Positions 1 through 12,623 of a stretch of DNA of 64,000 nucleotides are shown one piece after another. How positions within the stretch are numbered: the first letter of the stretch is position 1; each line of letters opens with the position of its first letter. Under the pieces are notes generated by a model. It made no database searches. It was not told the DNA's origin and was given only the letters and a program-made list of their open reading frames with translations. The translations under genes and the position numbers were made by a program. The DNA comes from Felis catus. Taxonomy: Eukaryota. The stretch covers positions 233,680,001-233,744,000 of the forward strand of contig NC_058368.1 in NCBI RefSeq assembly GCF_018350175.1. Reading direction: 5' to 3'.

Positions 1-1842
1 GGTGGGAAGTAATTTGGGGATGGCCACAAAGTAAACTGCGTAGTGTGATCAGGAAGAAGGAGGGCAGTTCGACTCCAATGAGCTGTGGGTGGTCCTGAGC
101 ATGAATGACAGTTTGGGGATTTCTTCTAATTATTATCACTGGCCATCAAGAAATGTAGATTTAGCCTCTGTTCTGTGATCACATGTACATCAGGAACCAG
201 AGAGGGGCTTTTCGTTCCTCCAGCAGCCTGGTCCTGTCTCCAGGGAACAGTTACAAGTGTGGCTGTGCCTAGCTTCTTCTCCTGGGTGCACCCACCATGT
301 TGAAGCTGTGTCCCACCCAGTGAAGGGTGCCCCCCAATGTAGGAAGGGACTCTCTGTGCCTGGCTCAGGCTATCAGTAAGCATGAGGTCAAAATGTTACA
401 ACACTATGACTGATGTCCCATGCCTCTCCCCTGCTTTGGGCATCTTCAAGCCAGAGGACCAATCCTGAGAGCTAGGGGTGCAATCCAAGACTACTGTTGA
501 GATTGGACCCGTTCTGTTTTGAGCCCACTTTTCAACATTGCTTGGCCTAGAAATCTAGAGCCTGCCTGCGAGGCCCACAGTCTTTTGGATGGTACCATTT
601 TGTTTTTCTTTTGGAGGAGAATATCAAGTTGTTTTGTCCCTGGATGAAAGGGAAACAGACCTCATCATCTCTGGATGAGGGGGCGTAAACATCTGCTCGG
701 ATATCACCATCATCCCTCAAAGTCTCTCACCAGCCACTTTGTTTCCTAAGAATTTTCTTGAATTTTTGTTCTACCTCAACACTACTCAATTTCTTCTCAA
801 ACCCAGATTATTGAAAAATACAGCATTTTAGCTTACATTCAAAAAGATCCATGATTCTGACCAAAAAGCATTGATACCTCAATGAGTGAATTTCTTCTGT
901 TGGATAACAGCGTCATTTGATAGCTCAGAGTTGCTGATTGTTTGAGATTGTTCTACATGCTTAAGTGTTTCCACTGAGTTTCCACTCTGCATGTACGGAT
1001 GGTCAGGACCTCCGAGGAACCAGCCAACTGTGACATTAGCTCGTACATGCCTTTCCTCACATGGAAGCCGATACAAGCACCGAACAGAACATCACACCAA
1101 GATCCTCAGCAGGAAGTCCCATAAGGCAAGAAAATGGGGACGCTCACTTTAAAAAAAAAAAAAATTTATTTCAAATGGGCTATTACGTGTGAATCAAAAA
1201 TCTATAAAAAGATGTTGAAAGTTTTCTAAAAGAACAACATAAAAGTAGAATTCCTTAAAAGTAAATTTCTTAAATGTTACCATTCCAACTACTCAGTCTC
1301 TCAACTTAGACTGCTTACTTCAGAAAAATGTATTTACTTATTAATTAAGCACGTGTTGATAATTTTCAAATATCCTTCCACCTCAGGCCTAGGATCTAGA
1401 ATTTCTCCAAGGATCCCGGGCTCCTGAAGGGAAACAGTACTTGGGAATGAGGGACTGGGTACCAGCTATGACTATTAATCCATTTTTTTTTCTGGTCACT
1501 GTCTGTAAGCACAGCTAGGAAATACACATGTAAATATATATTATAAGTCACACGTTCATGGGGATTCCTCCAATTTGAACCCACGACCGCATCATCCTTC
1601 CTCACTGCTCAATTCATATGTGTGTCTCCCTTCTCCATCAGTAACCCTGGTCTCTAACATATCAGTATGTTTTTTCTCTCCCTCAATACATACTCTTAAC
1701 ACGATCTTTAGAATCACTGTGTCTGTACAATTGCCAAAACATAAGCCAAGTATGGTCCAGGATGTATTTCTGGTCTTTCTGTTCTTAGAAATTTTCTGTA
1801 AAGATTATACCGCCGTAGAACTGTTTTAGAAGCTACTGTATT

Positions 1843-2040
1843 GGGGCACCTGGGAGGCTCAGTCGGTTAAGCGTCCAGCCTCACCTCAGGTCATGATCTC
1901 CTGGTTCGTGAGCTCGAGCCCTGTGTCAGCTCTCCTCCATCAGTGCGGAGCCCGCTTTGGATCCTCTGTCCTTCTCTCTCTGTGCCCCTCCCCTGCTCAC
2001 GCCCTCTCTCTCACAAAAATAAACATTAAAAAAAAAAAAA
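1843..2040 (+). mobile_element. Can-SINE (SINEC)
   Basis: GGGGCACCTGGG head with A/B boxes, (CT)n, poly-A. Confidence 0.9.
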
Positions 2041-2312
2041 GGTGCTTGTATTAATTTGCCTTTCTGTGTAGCTATCAATATGGTAAGTCCTGAGGTTAAT
2101 TTCAGAGTTTGATTTTTTTCTGCCTTTCCAACTTAACTTTTGAATACATACTTTTAGGAACAATATTCAAAACAATAGATAAAGGAACACCCGGAGAATT
2201 TTCATGGATGAACGCACTTCAGACGAAGATAAATCTCTATTATAGGGGGTTGCATTTAATTTAGAACTCTAAGGATCTACTTGACCGATTATTTGGTTTG
2301 GATATTGTTTTA

Positions 2313-2495
2313 TTTTTTTAATGTTTGTTCATGTTTTGATTGAGAGACGTGGGGGCAGAAAGAGAGGCGGACAATACGAAGCAGACTGCAGGCTGTCAGC
2401 ACAGAGCCCAACACCGGGCTGGATCTCACCAACCATGAGATCATGACCTGAACCAAAGTCGGACGCTCAACTGACTGAGCCACCCGGGCGGCCCC
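2313..2495 (-). mobile_element. Can-SINE
   Basis: Reverse-complement SINEC head and tail. Confidence 0.85.
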
Positions 2496-2689
2496 TGGTT
2501 TGATCTTATTTTAAGTCTGTTTGTCTATGTCTCCTTGCGTGTCCTTTGCCTGAATGACAAGCTTTTGCTTCCTGCAGATGGTTCTTTTCTTATCCAATCT
2601 GGTCTCTTATCATAATAACATCCCCTCCCTCTTTCACTCTTTGCCATTAATTAGTGTTACCTTTGCCTCTTCCCCTTTGTAAAATTTTT

Positions 2690-3700
2690 AATCATCTATT
2701 TTTTTAGGACCGTTTTATATTTACAGAAAACATAGTACAGAGTTCCCATACAGCTCACACCCAGTTTCTCCTAATTAGCATCTTATAATTGATTGGTAAG
2801 CATCTGTTCCACTTAATAGACCAATATTCTTATAACACTGCCAACTAAAACTCAGAGTTCACTCAGATTGTCTCAGTTTTCACCGAGTGTCTGTCTCCCT
2901 TCTGTTCCAGGATCCCATATTACATTCCTATGTCCCTTTTCGGGGGCAGTTACTGAGACTTTTTCTGGTTTCTGATGAGCTTGACGGTTTTGACGACTAC
3001 TAATAAGGCATTTTACAGACTGTCCCTTGGCTGAAACTTGTCTGGTGTCTTCTCATGATTTTGCTGGGGTTATGTGTGTTGGGAAGGAGACCACAGAGGT
3101 GGACTGTCATTCCCATCACATCACAGGCAGGTGCCATCCACATGGCTTATTGGTTGATGTTGACCTTGATCACGTGGTCAAGGTCATGTCTATCAGGCTT
3201 CTCCACCACAAAACCACTCTCCTCCCCAACCTCCCCACACTGCCCTCTGGCAAGAAACTACTTTGGGCAGCTAACACCTGAAGGGTGAGGACTAGGCTCT
3301 TCTTCCTTGAAAGCAGAATATTTACATAAATGGTGTGAAATTCACCTGCACGGGAGAGGTGACTACCCTTCCCCATTTCTTTATGCATTAAATCATTTAT
3401 TTAAAGGAGTGTGGATTTATGAATGTTTATTTTATATTGCAAATTATAATCCAATACTACTTTTATATATTTAGGTGTTCAAACTGTTGCCGTTTGGAGA
3501 AATGGCCGATTCTAGCACTGGGGCAGGAAATATAAGGATAAGCTTTGAACCTCTTCATGGAGCAAGTAAGTGCATAACAAGGACAATACCCCACAGTGAC
3601 AGGCACATCACAGGGACACAGCAGGAGAGAGCAACAGAGCTCTCAGCCTTCAGCCTTCTGAACTGTTGGAAGTGTGTCTCTTGTAAAAAGCACGGAGTTG
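2690..3700. mobile_element. Old L1 (L1MC/MD-like) 3' UTR fragments
   Basis: Degenerate L1 3' UTR motifs (tacagagttcccata, tgttccaggatccca, ctagcactggggcaggaaatata). Confidence 0.55.
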
Positions 3701-3937
3701 TGTTTTATTCTGTGAGCCAATGTTTTTCAAAAATGTAAGTGGGTTAAACCCATTTGTATTCAATGACATGACTGCTAGGTTATAATGTGGTCAAACAGTT
3801 TATGTTAATCTTACTGTGTATATTACATTTACTGGAGTTCTCTATTTATATGGACATTTTTCTTTGCTTTTTCATTATATTTCTTTGTGCTTACAAAGGT
3901 TTGTATTTTTGTTTAAGTGCTAGCTGCTACACATCAC

Positions 3938-3940
3938 ACG

Positions 3941-3988
<48 letters not shown>
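3938..3988. repeat. (CG)n(CA)n microsatellite
   Basis: Seen directly. Confidence 0.95.
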
Positions 3989-3989
<1 letters not shown>

Positions 3990-4129
3990 CCCTAGTCCTT
4001 CTTTTCATTACTGGGTTAGGTGTTATTTGCTTTGTCACCTTTAAATTATGTCCCTTGACTCTCTTTTATTAACCTAAGGAACAATCAAGGATTCATTTTA
4101 TTTTCCCTTTTTTCTCTTTCTTCCCAATT

Positions 4130-4830
4130 GGTGAACCTTTCATTAAAGAGTGACATCCACACAGGAGTGCAAAATTCCTAATTGCACAGCATAATGGATT
4201 TCACAAAGCAGACAATGTTATATAACCAGAACCCAGAACAAGAAACTGAATCGCAGGCATCCAAGCAACCTGTGTTTGTGTCTCCCCTCCCCCGCCCAGC
4301 AACTGCATCCACAAAACTAACCATGACCTTGACTCCAAATGCCATAGTTTAATTCAGGCTCTTTTTAATCTGTATATGAATGGACTCCTACTGCATACAT
4401 CCTTTTATATTTGGCTCTTCCTGACCAACACCACATTGGTAGGATTCATCCATACTGTCGAGTGTAATCACTGTGGTTCCCGAATTCTCCTTGTTGTCTA
4501 GCAGATAGATCACTGTGTAAATATACCATAATTGGCTAATCCTCTTCCTCCTAGTGGACATGAGGGTTGTTTCCTTCCAGTTTTAGGCTATTACCACCAA
4601 GGGCTGTTAAAATCATTCTTCTGCATATCTCCTGATGAATACGTTTATATATTTTCTAAAATAAACTGAGTGGAACTAACTGCTGAGTAGTGAGTTATGC
4701 ATGTGTTGAACTGTACGAGACCCTCACTTGCTGTTTCCCAAGCGGTAGAAAAAGTTACACCACCGAAAGGAGTGTGTGAGAGTTTCATCGGCTCAATATC
4801 CAACCCACTTTTAAGATGTATTGTATCTGT
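4130..4830 (-). mobile_element. Old L1 (L1ME-like) 3' fragment
   Basis: Antisense 3' UTR/ORF2-end motifs (ggattcatccat, gtggacatgagggttgtttcc..ttttaggctatt). Confidence 0.55.
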
Positions 4831-5339
4831 TCAGAAAAGACAACATTTACGTATACTGCTGTTCCCTATTTGTCTTCCCTTTCAGGTTACTCTTAGTTCT
4901 ACAGACTATCCATAAAGTTTGGAAACAGATGAAGTTGTCTTATTATTGTTGTTTTACAGAATGCAGATGTCCTAGCAAACACTGTGTGTGTTCACCTGTG
5001 CTTCCAGAGGTCATGGCTACTATGCAAAATTCAACATCCTCAGTACATATCATCAGTCCTGTTGCCTATGTGCCCCAGTCACCTTCTCCTAAATAAATCT
5101 TGTCCTTTAACAGAGTGCCATGAAAATTATAGTCTAGGGAGTGGCAACTAGTGCAATATAAAATAAGAAAGTGTGCCAGAATTAAGTTATTTCACTAAGG
5201 ACCTTGTTTAGCTCAGCCAAACTTTTTCTGTTGTTTTGTAAATATGATTTCTTCACACAAGCAAGTGGTGCGTTGATCTGCTTTCTGGAATGGCTCCTTA
5301 CCTCGCCATGAAACAACACACAGAGGGGTACTGCTCTAG

Positions 5340-6070
5340 ACAGTTCCTCAGGAAGGATTCATGAGTACAGGATTATTTAGGTTTTTGGTTCCTGAATGAC
5401 AGTTTGGCTGGGTATAAAACTACAAGCTCATATAAGAATATATCCTTGAATTTCATAAATTACTGCTCCATTGCAGTCTTGCTTGGTATGTCAACATAGT
5501 GAATTCTGGTGTCAATCCAATTTTCTTTTTTATAAGTGATGGATATGTTTGTACAGAAACCCTGAGGGTGTGTTTTGATCTTTAAAATCTAGGAGACGTC
5601 TCAGAAACATAGTGGCATTGACCAATTTAGGTCAATTTTCTCAGGCACATGGTGGGCCCTCTGATGTCTTCATTAATTTCCCCCAGATTCTTTAGTTTTT
5701 AAATATCAGGTCTATGTCATCACATTGCTTATGTCTTCAGGGATTGCAGTTATACGCATGTTAAAACTTCTCTGCCTATGTTTTATGTCTGGCCTCTCTA
5801 ATCCTTTTTACTTCTTCATTTCATCTTGGTTCTCTTGGAGAATGACCATTCTCAATTCCTTTATATTTGCATTAAATCTATTATGCCTTCTAAACCTTTG
5901 TCCTTTTCTTCAAATTCTTTTTTTCTGGGATAAGTCAATTCTTGTTTTGTATCTCTCTGCTGTTATTATCCATTTTTGTTCTGAGTTTCTGAATTTCTAA
6001 TTTGAAATTTTTTTAATTATCTGTAAGTGTTTTAAGAATATGAATTAGCTTGAAGTGATGTGTTACATTT
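5340..6070 (-). mobile_element. Highly degraded L1 ORF1-region fragment
   Basis: T-rich antisense L1-like motifs (gacagtttggctgggtataaaac, cagttatacgcatgtta). Confidence 0.4.
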
Positions 6071-6309
6071 TTCCTTTTTTGGTTTTATGGTTTGTTTTGG
6101 GGAGGGGGGGTTCTCCATTCTCATTTTCTGACTTCTTTGAGAAGCTTTGTATAGATGTTGCTCATTAGAAGTGTTTTTTAAATCCCTGGGCAAACAATAC
6201 TCCACACGTATGTAGGCAGGAATGAAGGGTACCTTTTTCTTTTGATATAATATAATACACTTTCTTTGATCAATGGCTCCTTGGGAGGGAAATGAGTGGG
6301 TTCTTATTT

Positions 6310-6702
6310 TTTTTTAACTCATAAAGTATTTTATTTTTTAGAGCTCTATGGAGATACAACTGCCATATAACACTGTGTAAGTTTACGATGTACAGTATGG
6401 TAATTTGATATACTTCTATATTACAAAATGGTTACCACCATACCATCAGCTAATACTTCCAGCTCTCGTGTACTGTTGGTGGGAATGTTAATTGGTGCAG
6501 CCACTATGGAAAACAGAATGAAGATTCATCAAAAAAACTAAAAATAGAAGTACTACATGATATAGCAAGCCCCCTTCTGGGTACATATTCAAAAGAAGTG
6601 AAAAAAGGATTTTGAAGCAATATCTGCACTCCCATGTTCATTGTAACATTATTCACAATAGCCAAGATATGGAAACAACCTAAGTGTTTATCAACAGTGT
6701 AT

Positions 6703-6733
<31 letters not shown>

Positions 6734-7130
6734 CGTGTGTGTGTGTGCGTGTGCATAATGGAGTATTATTCGGCCATGAGAAACAAGTAAATCCTGCCAT
6801 TTGCAACAACATGAGGGCAATATGCTAAAGAAATAAGTCCTAACATAAGACATACATGACATATAAGACAGATACAGTATGATCTCACTTTTCCAGAGAA
6901 GCTAAAAAAAGCCAAACCCATCGAAACAGAGACTGGAATGGCGGTTACCAGAGGCAGGGGATTGGTGGGGAGGATAGGGAAATGGTGGTCAAAGGGTAGA
7001 GACTTTTAAGATGAATAAGATCTGGGGATCTCCTGTACAGCATGGTGACTACAGTCAATACTACATCGTATTATATACATGGAAGTTGCTGAGTGAATAG
7101 ATCTTAAGTGTTCTCACTACCAGAGTAAAA
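6310..7130. mobile_element. Older L1 3' end with a 5' inversion: minus-strand terminus about 6310-6462, plus-strand segment about 6463-7130, internal (TG)n
   Basis: ORF2-end motif [18 protein letters not shown] and L1 3' UTR on +. The terminal 3' UTR and tail lie on -. Flanking repeat GGGTTCT[T/G]ATTT. Confidence 0.75.
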
Positions 7131-7909
7131 GGGTTCTGATTTCTCATTCCCTGGTTTCTGTAGGACTTTAATTTCTACTTTCATTTTTTCACCTCCATCA
7201 CTTTGCATCCAAGGAATACCCCATCCTTCTCTCCATAAATGCTACCCCTCCTCCTATGAACTTTCAAATTGTCTCTTTAAATTCTCCGCAAGTCAGTGTT
7301 TTGATCCCTCAAGGTTCAAACCAGGCACGAGAGAGTGTTCCTCTCTCTGAGGATGATTGTATGTATTTCCCCCACCCCCATCTCTGGGCTGCCACCAACC
7401 TCTCCTGTTTTCCTCCTGGCTCCTGTACCTGTCTCTGCAGGTAGTTGATATATGAAAGTCCCACCGAACAAATTACATAGGCAGTTGTGAATTTTTGTTT
7501 GTAGGAGAAATTTACACTTTTGGGATACGTTATGAATGGTTTCATTTGCTCTCTTTATTGATGAGAATATTATGGGAGGGACACGTGGAGAAATTTAGAT
7601 CATGTGGCCAGTGTTCTAAATGAGAACACTGACACCAGAAATTGTAATTTCCTGTTTTCATCCCCAAATGATTAGCTAACACTTTTTCTGAAGGCTCAAT
7701 TCATTTCCCGCTGATGTGAAATGACACATATATACTTGTGACTATTTCTGTTATATCCATCTGTCTATTTTTATTCCAGAGGCCTAATCTTTTAATTATT
7801 ATTATAACTTTCACACATTCCAGCTCACAAAAATTCAAGTAACCATCTCCAGGTCCTTTTTATATAACTTCTCTGGTTATTCCTATTTGTATATGGAAGA
7901 CCATATTAA

Positions 7910-8123
7910 TTATTTGTTAAGTTTATTTACCTATTTTGAGAGAGAGAGAGAGAGAGAGAGAGCGAGAATAAGCAGGGGAGGGGCAGAGAGAGAGAATCCC
8001 AAGCAGGCTCCCCACTGTCAGCCCAGAGCCCAAAACAGGGCTTAAACTCACAAAACGCAAGATCATGACCTGAGTCGAAATCAAGAGCCGGTCGCTTAAC
8101 CAGCTGAGCCACCCAGGTGCCCC
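7910..8123 (-). mobile_element. Can-SINE
   Basis: Ends gagccacccaggtgcccc, with (GA)n. Confidence 0.9.
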
Positions 8124-8549
8124 AAAGGCCCTATTAAAATCAGTGACACACCATTAATTTCTACACACTTATTTGTGCATTTGGGGTGAGAGTAAAGATT
8201 AGGGATACTTGACATTTTTTTTTCTTTTAGAACACTGAATCTTCATATTTGAGAATATGCTACCTCTTGATGAATTAATATCTTCTCTTATGATACTTCT
8301 TAAAGTTTTATAGTCTTCTTCCAAGAGATTTCTCCTTATGTTTGTCCCTAGGCATATTATTGCTAATGTGTTAATATAATATATTCCTAGACATACTAGT
8401 GTTAATGTAAATAGTGTTGTCTCATTATATTCGGTAACTTTTTTGCTTGTATATTGGAAAGCACTCAAGCTTTACACATGAACTTGTACCTCTAATGGAG
8501 TCTCTCCATTAACGCTAATGGGTTTCAACTGTGTCTCTTTGGTTTCTCA

Positions 8550-8750
8550 GGAAGTAATAATAAAAATGAGTAACATGTACTGAGTGCTTCCTCTTTGCCA
8601 GTCACTGTAAAAGAGGCACCTTCCATGCACTATCCAATTTGCTTTAACAACACATTTGTGAAATATGCGCTACTAACAGTCTTAACTGAGAGATTAAATG
8701 TTAAAGCACAGAGAATTTGAGTAACCTGTCCTCAGTCACTCACCTATTAT
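8550..8750 (-). mobile_element. MIR
   Basis: Core-like gcacagagaatttgagtaacctgtcctcagtcac. Confidence 0.55.
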
Positions 8751-8783
8751 ATATCGAGGTCAATGTATAAAAACCACAAATAA

Positions 8784-9012
8784 GGGCGCCTGGGCGGCTC
8801 CGTTGGTTAAGATCTGACTTCGGCTCAGGTCATGATCTCACAGTTCGTGGACCCAAGCCCCGTGTCAGGCTCTGTGCTGACAGCTCAGAGCCTGGAGCCT
8901 GCTTCACGTTCTGTGTCTCCCTCTCTCTCTGCCCCTCCCCCACTCATGCTCTTTCTCTGTCTCTGTCTCTCTCTCTCAAAAATAAATAAACATGAAAAAA
9001 AGTTTAAAAAAA
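8784..9012 (+). mobile_element. Can-SINE (feline type)
   Basis: gctcagagcctggagcctgcttc insert; TSD-like aaaa[c/a]cacaaataa. Confidence 0.92.
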
Positions 9013-9372
9013 CACAAATAATGATCACTTTTCTTTATCCTTTCCTATATGTATACTTGAATTTTTTCCCGTATTCAGTGAAAGCTTGGTTAAGTACAAT
9101 GTTTTCCCACACAACTGACAACATAAATCCTTCTTTGTTGTTCATCTTAATGGGAATTCCTGAATGTTATACCCACAAGAATCTGGAGGCAGAGCTTCAG
9201 TTATTTTTATAAAATATTAAGGAAATTTCCTTCTGATTTTCATTTTACTTAGAGTTCCTCCCCCTAAGAATTGGAATTGAATTGTTTTTAAACAAATATC
9301 AAAAATTTTGTTGATGGATTAAAATATTAAACAATATTATTAGATTTTCTAATGTCAAAGCTTCCTTAGATT

Positions 9373-9430
9373 CAAAGAAAAGAAAAGAAAAGAAAAGAAA
9401 AGAAAAGAAAAGAAAAGAAAAGAAAAGAAA
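9373..9430. repeat. (GAAAA)n pentanucleotide repeat
   Basis: Seen directly. Confidence 0.95.
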
Positions 9431-9439
9431 CAACTAAAT

Positions 9440-9770
9440 AGTTGTGCATGGAATGTGTGACCTTGGCAAATTCCTTCATCTCTATGGGCCCCTTATACCC
9501 TTGTATATAAAAAAGGGACTATTGATAGTATCAACTGCATATTGTCGTTGTGAAAATTATTAATTCATTTACTCAACAAATTTAATGGGTTCCTGTTTTA
9601 TGCCAGGCACGGTTCTAGGTTCTGTGATTACGCCAATTAGCAAAATAGAAAAAGACATTATCAGCTTAGGTTCTAATTAATAAGATAACACAAGAACTTA
9701 AAAAAAAATAGTACCTGGCACACAGTACCATCTAGGTAATGGTGTTAGCCACTATTACTATGATAATTTT
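9440..9770. mobile_element. MIR interrupted by an L2 3' end
   Basis: tgtgtgaccttggcaaattccttcatctct; ttcatttactcaacaaattt..tgccaggcac; gtacctggcacacagta. Confidence 0.55.
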
Positions 9771-10311
9771 AACATACTATTGGACGCAATTTGCCAGTAT
9801 TTTTCCTAAGATTTTGTATCTACAGCCGTGAGATTTGTCGGTAGTACTATTTTTGTGTGATCTTTAAGGTTAGGATGTGAGGACGGTGCCAAAATCATAA
9901 AAATGAATCAGAAAGCTCTTCTTTTCCTAGTTTGCAATATGTTAAACATTACAGAAACCATCCACTCCTAGACACTATGGCCTTGACATTAGCACCTTCT
10001 GTTTTTCCAGATTTCTCGAACGATGATCTGACGATTCCTTAATTCCACTGAGGAAATATATGTTTTATTAAAACTCCATCGATTTCACTTAGATTTTAAG
10101 ACTTTTCAGTATAGATGGGCACAGACTACTGCTTTGAATTTCCTAATATTTGCATATTGCTAAGCAGTGAAAGGCGGTATATTAAAGGGGCTACAAAGAG
10201 GACAAGTAGTGAAAATAGTTTTTCTATCTCCTCCCTCATCACCTCTGACGGGAGTTTTGAAACCGAGGAAATTAAATGAATCATCAGCAGGAGTAATCAT
10301 ACATTACTCAC

Positions 10312-10355
10312 CATTTTAAACAGGCTATCTCATCAGTTCAAGTCAAACTATACTG
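10312..10355 (-). pseudogene. Short exon with strong splice sites, closed in all frames, ending in ATG
   Basis: Tandem acceptor ttttctttccgtatttgtatttcag|cag, donor ATG|gtgagt. Confidence 0.55.
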
Positions 10356-10655
10356 CTGAAATACAAATACGGAAAGAAAACCAATTGGGCAAAAAGGGTG
10401 TGATTATATGGTGTCCAGGACCACTCCTCAATCCTGTATGTGTCTTGATGATTTGGGGTGGGGGTTATAGTTGTGTGCTGCCTTCAGGGTTATAAGAGCA
10501 ACCCACTAAACCAGCCATCATCTATCACCTATCATCAATGTGCCTGCCTATCCATCATCTCTCTACTTACCCACCTACCTCATCCGCCTACCCCATTGAT
10601 CAATCGACCAATCAGTTTTTCAGTGCATCGGTGTATGAATGCACTGAAAAAGTAA

Positions 10656-10828
10656 CTTTATTTAATGTTTATTATTTTTGAGAGAGAGCGAGCGAGGGAG
10701 GGGCGGAGAGAGAGAGAGGGAACAGATGATCTGAAGTGGGCTGTAGGCAGGGCTTGAACTCATGAACAACAAGATCATGACCTGGGCCGAAATCTGAAGC
10801 TTAACTGATTGAGCCACCCAGGTGCCCC
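10656..10828 (-). mobile_element. Can-SINE
   Basis: Reverse SINEC; flanking ctgaaaaagt repeat. Confidence 0.85.
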
Positions 10829-10887
10829 TGAAAAAGTTATTTTTAAGTTAAATCATCATCTATAGTTTAGTGATTTAATTTTTAAAA

Positions 10888-10964
10888 TTTATTTTTATTT
10901 TTTATTTACTTGAGAGAGAGAGAGCAGGGGAGAGGGACAGAGGGAGAAAGAGAGAGAGAGAAAG

Positions 10965-11011
<47 letters not shown>

Positions 11012-11134
11012 TAAGCGGACTCCACACTCAGCGTGGACTCTGACATGGGACTCAATCCCATGACCCTGAGATCATGACCTGAGTTGAAATTAATAGTCCA
11101 ACACTTACAACCAACTGACCCGCCCAGGTGTCCC
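10888..11134 (-). mobile_element. Can-SINE with long (GA)n
   Basis: Reverse SINEC head and tail. Confidence 0.85.
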
Positions 11135-11226
11135 TATTTCTTCTTTTTTAAAGTATGTTCCTTTGCATTTTGTTTGCACTCAGAATCATACATTTAATGA
11201 AAAGTCATAAAAGTCTAGTGAGACAG

Positions 11227-11292
11227 GGGCCCTTTCCCTGCCTGCACACTCTCAAAAATAAATAATTAATTAATTAATTAAAAAAAAAAAAA
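11227..11292 (+). mobile_element. 5'-truncated Can-SINE tail with TSD
   Basis: ctctcaaaaataaata..polyA flanked on both sides by AAAAGTCTAGTGAGACAG. Confidence 0.8.
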
Positions 11293-11452
11293 GTCTAGTG
11301 AGACAGACTGGATAGTTCTATCATTTTAGGATTTCAAACATCCCATCTGTGCTTTAACCTTGGATTCTGTCTTTGAGCGACAAGCGTCCTTCACGGTCTT
11401 TGCAGTACCCCCAGCATTCCCCATGGGTTACCCCAACAGAGAGTGAACGCAC

Positions 11453-11595
11453 CTTTTGGGAGTTGGAGAGAAAACTGTTCTGATAAGCTCAGTCATCTCT
11501 TATGCAATTTTGCTTTTTTTTTTTTTTCTGAGGTGAATGAAAACTTTCCAGTGACTGGTTAAAATAATTCACTGAAACAGCCTCTGAGTGTATCC
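11453..11595 (-). pseudogene. Candidate downstream exon (phase-2 reading DTLRGCFSELF*PVTGKFSF..) with an expanded A run
   Basis: Acceptor cttcttcatcttag, donor AAG|gtgcgt. The long internal A run and stops prevent clean translation. Confidence 0.4.
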
Positions 11596-12513
11596 CTAAG
11601 ATGAAGAAGTAATAACTATTTCGTGAGCTATTTTTAAGTAAGAATGTCAAAATCTTCAGATTCCAGAAATATTGAAAAGGTACAGTAGGACTTTTCTTGG
11701 TTTACTTAAAATGGGACTAATTGTACTCAAAACAAACTACTACTTAAGAACCTTTTTATTACCCAATGACATTACCCTACTCCGGAGTTTTTTTTTTTTT
11801 TTTTAATCATAAATATATCCAGTTTAAGCTCTTTCACTTAAAAGTAACCATCCTCCTTTGTCAATGTATTTAGCTAAATTCCTAGGGACAAAACAGAATT
11901 TCAGGTACTAAGGGCTGTGATAGTATTAATTTCCAAAAACACTTAACTTATCCTACCTTAAGAATTCATGGAAATACACTAGATTTTTCCAAATAAGAGA
12001 ATGTGAACTTCCTAGCACATGATGAACAAGAGGCAGACGTTCCCACAAAGTCAACGTAACTCCTTTTAATCAGAGCACATTTGTTTAACATTATACAGGT
12101 GTGATGCCAGGGCAACTGGGACCCACACATACGTGTATGCGCCTAAATACAGCGCACAGACGAGACCAGACTAAAAATGTCTACCCAAAAAATAAAACAC
12201 AGGTTTGCCTGAGTTTCGTTTGGGGGTAGGAAGGTTTATATATTTGAGGGGTAGGAAGGTTTGAGTGAGAAACAGTAAAAAGGAAGTGACAGCAGAGAAA
12301 CAGCTAGACATTTCCCCGAAGGGCGTGCACGTGAGCCTCAGGCGGCGCAGGAGTGATTAATGGCACCGTAGGTTTGGAGGAACGCTCGGCTCGTGCACAT
12401 CAACAGTATGGCCCTGGGCCCAGCGTTCTCCCTGAAAAGCATGGTTTGGAAGGACGGAGTCAACACGTCCATCCATTATCTTCTCTCACTGCCTAAAATG
12501 TAGTCAAAGCTAC

Positions 12514-12623
12514 CGATACAACTAATCAAAATGAAGTCTGTTTCTTTCTTCGTGTTGTTTGTAACACTGTGTCGAGTTCTGCTCCTTGAGGCCTCAGTAG
12601 CTTTCCAGGTAATTCAGACTTCG
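12514..12623 (-). pseudogene. Candidate downstream exon, frame unresolved
   Basis: Acceptor cttttatatgtttccag, weak donor TCG|gtagct. All three frames contain a stop. Confidence 0.3.
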
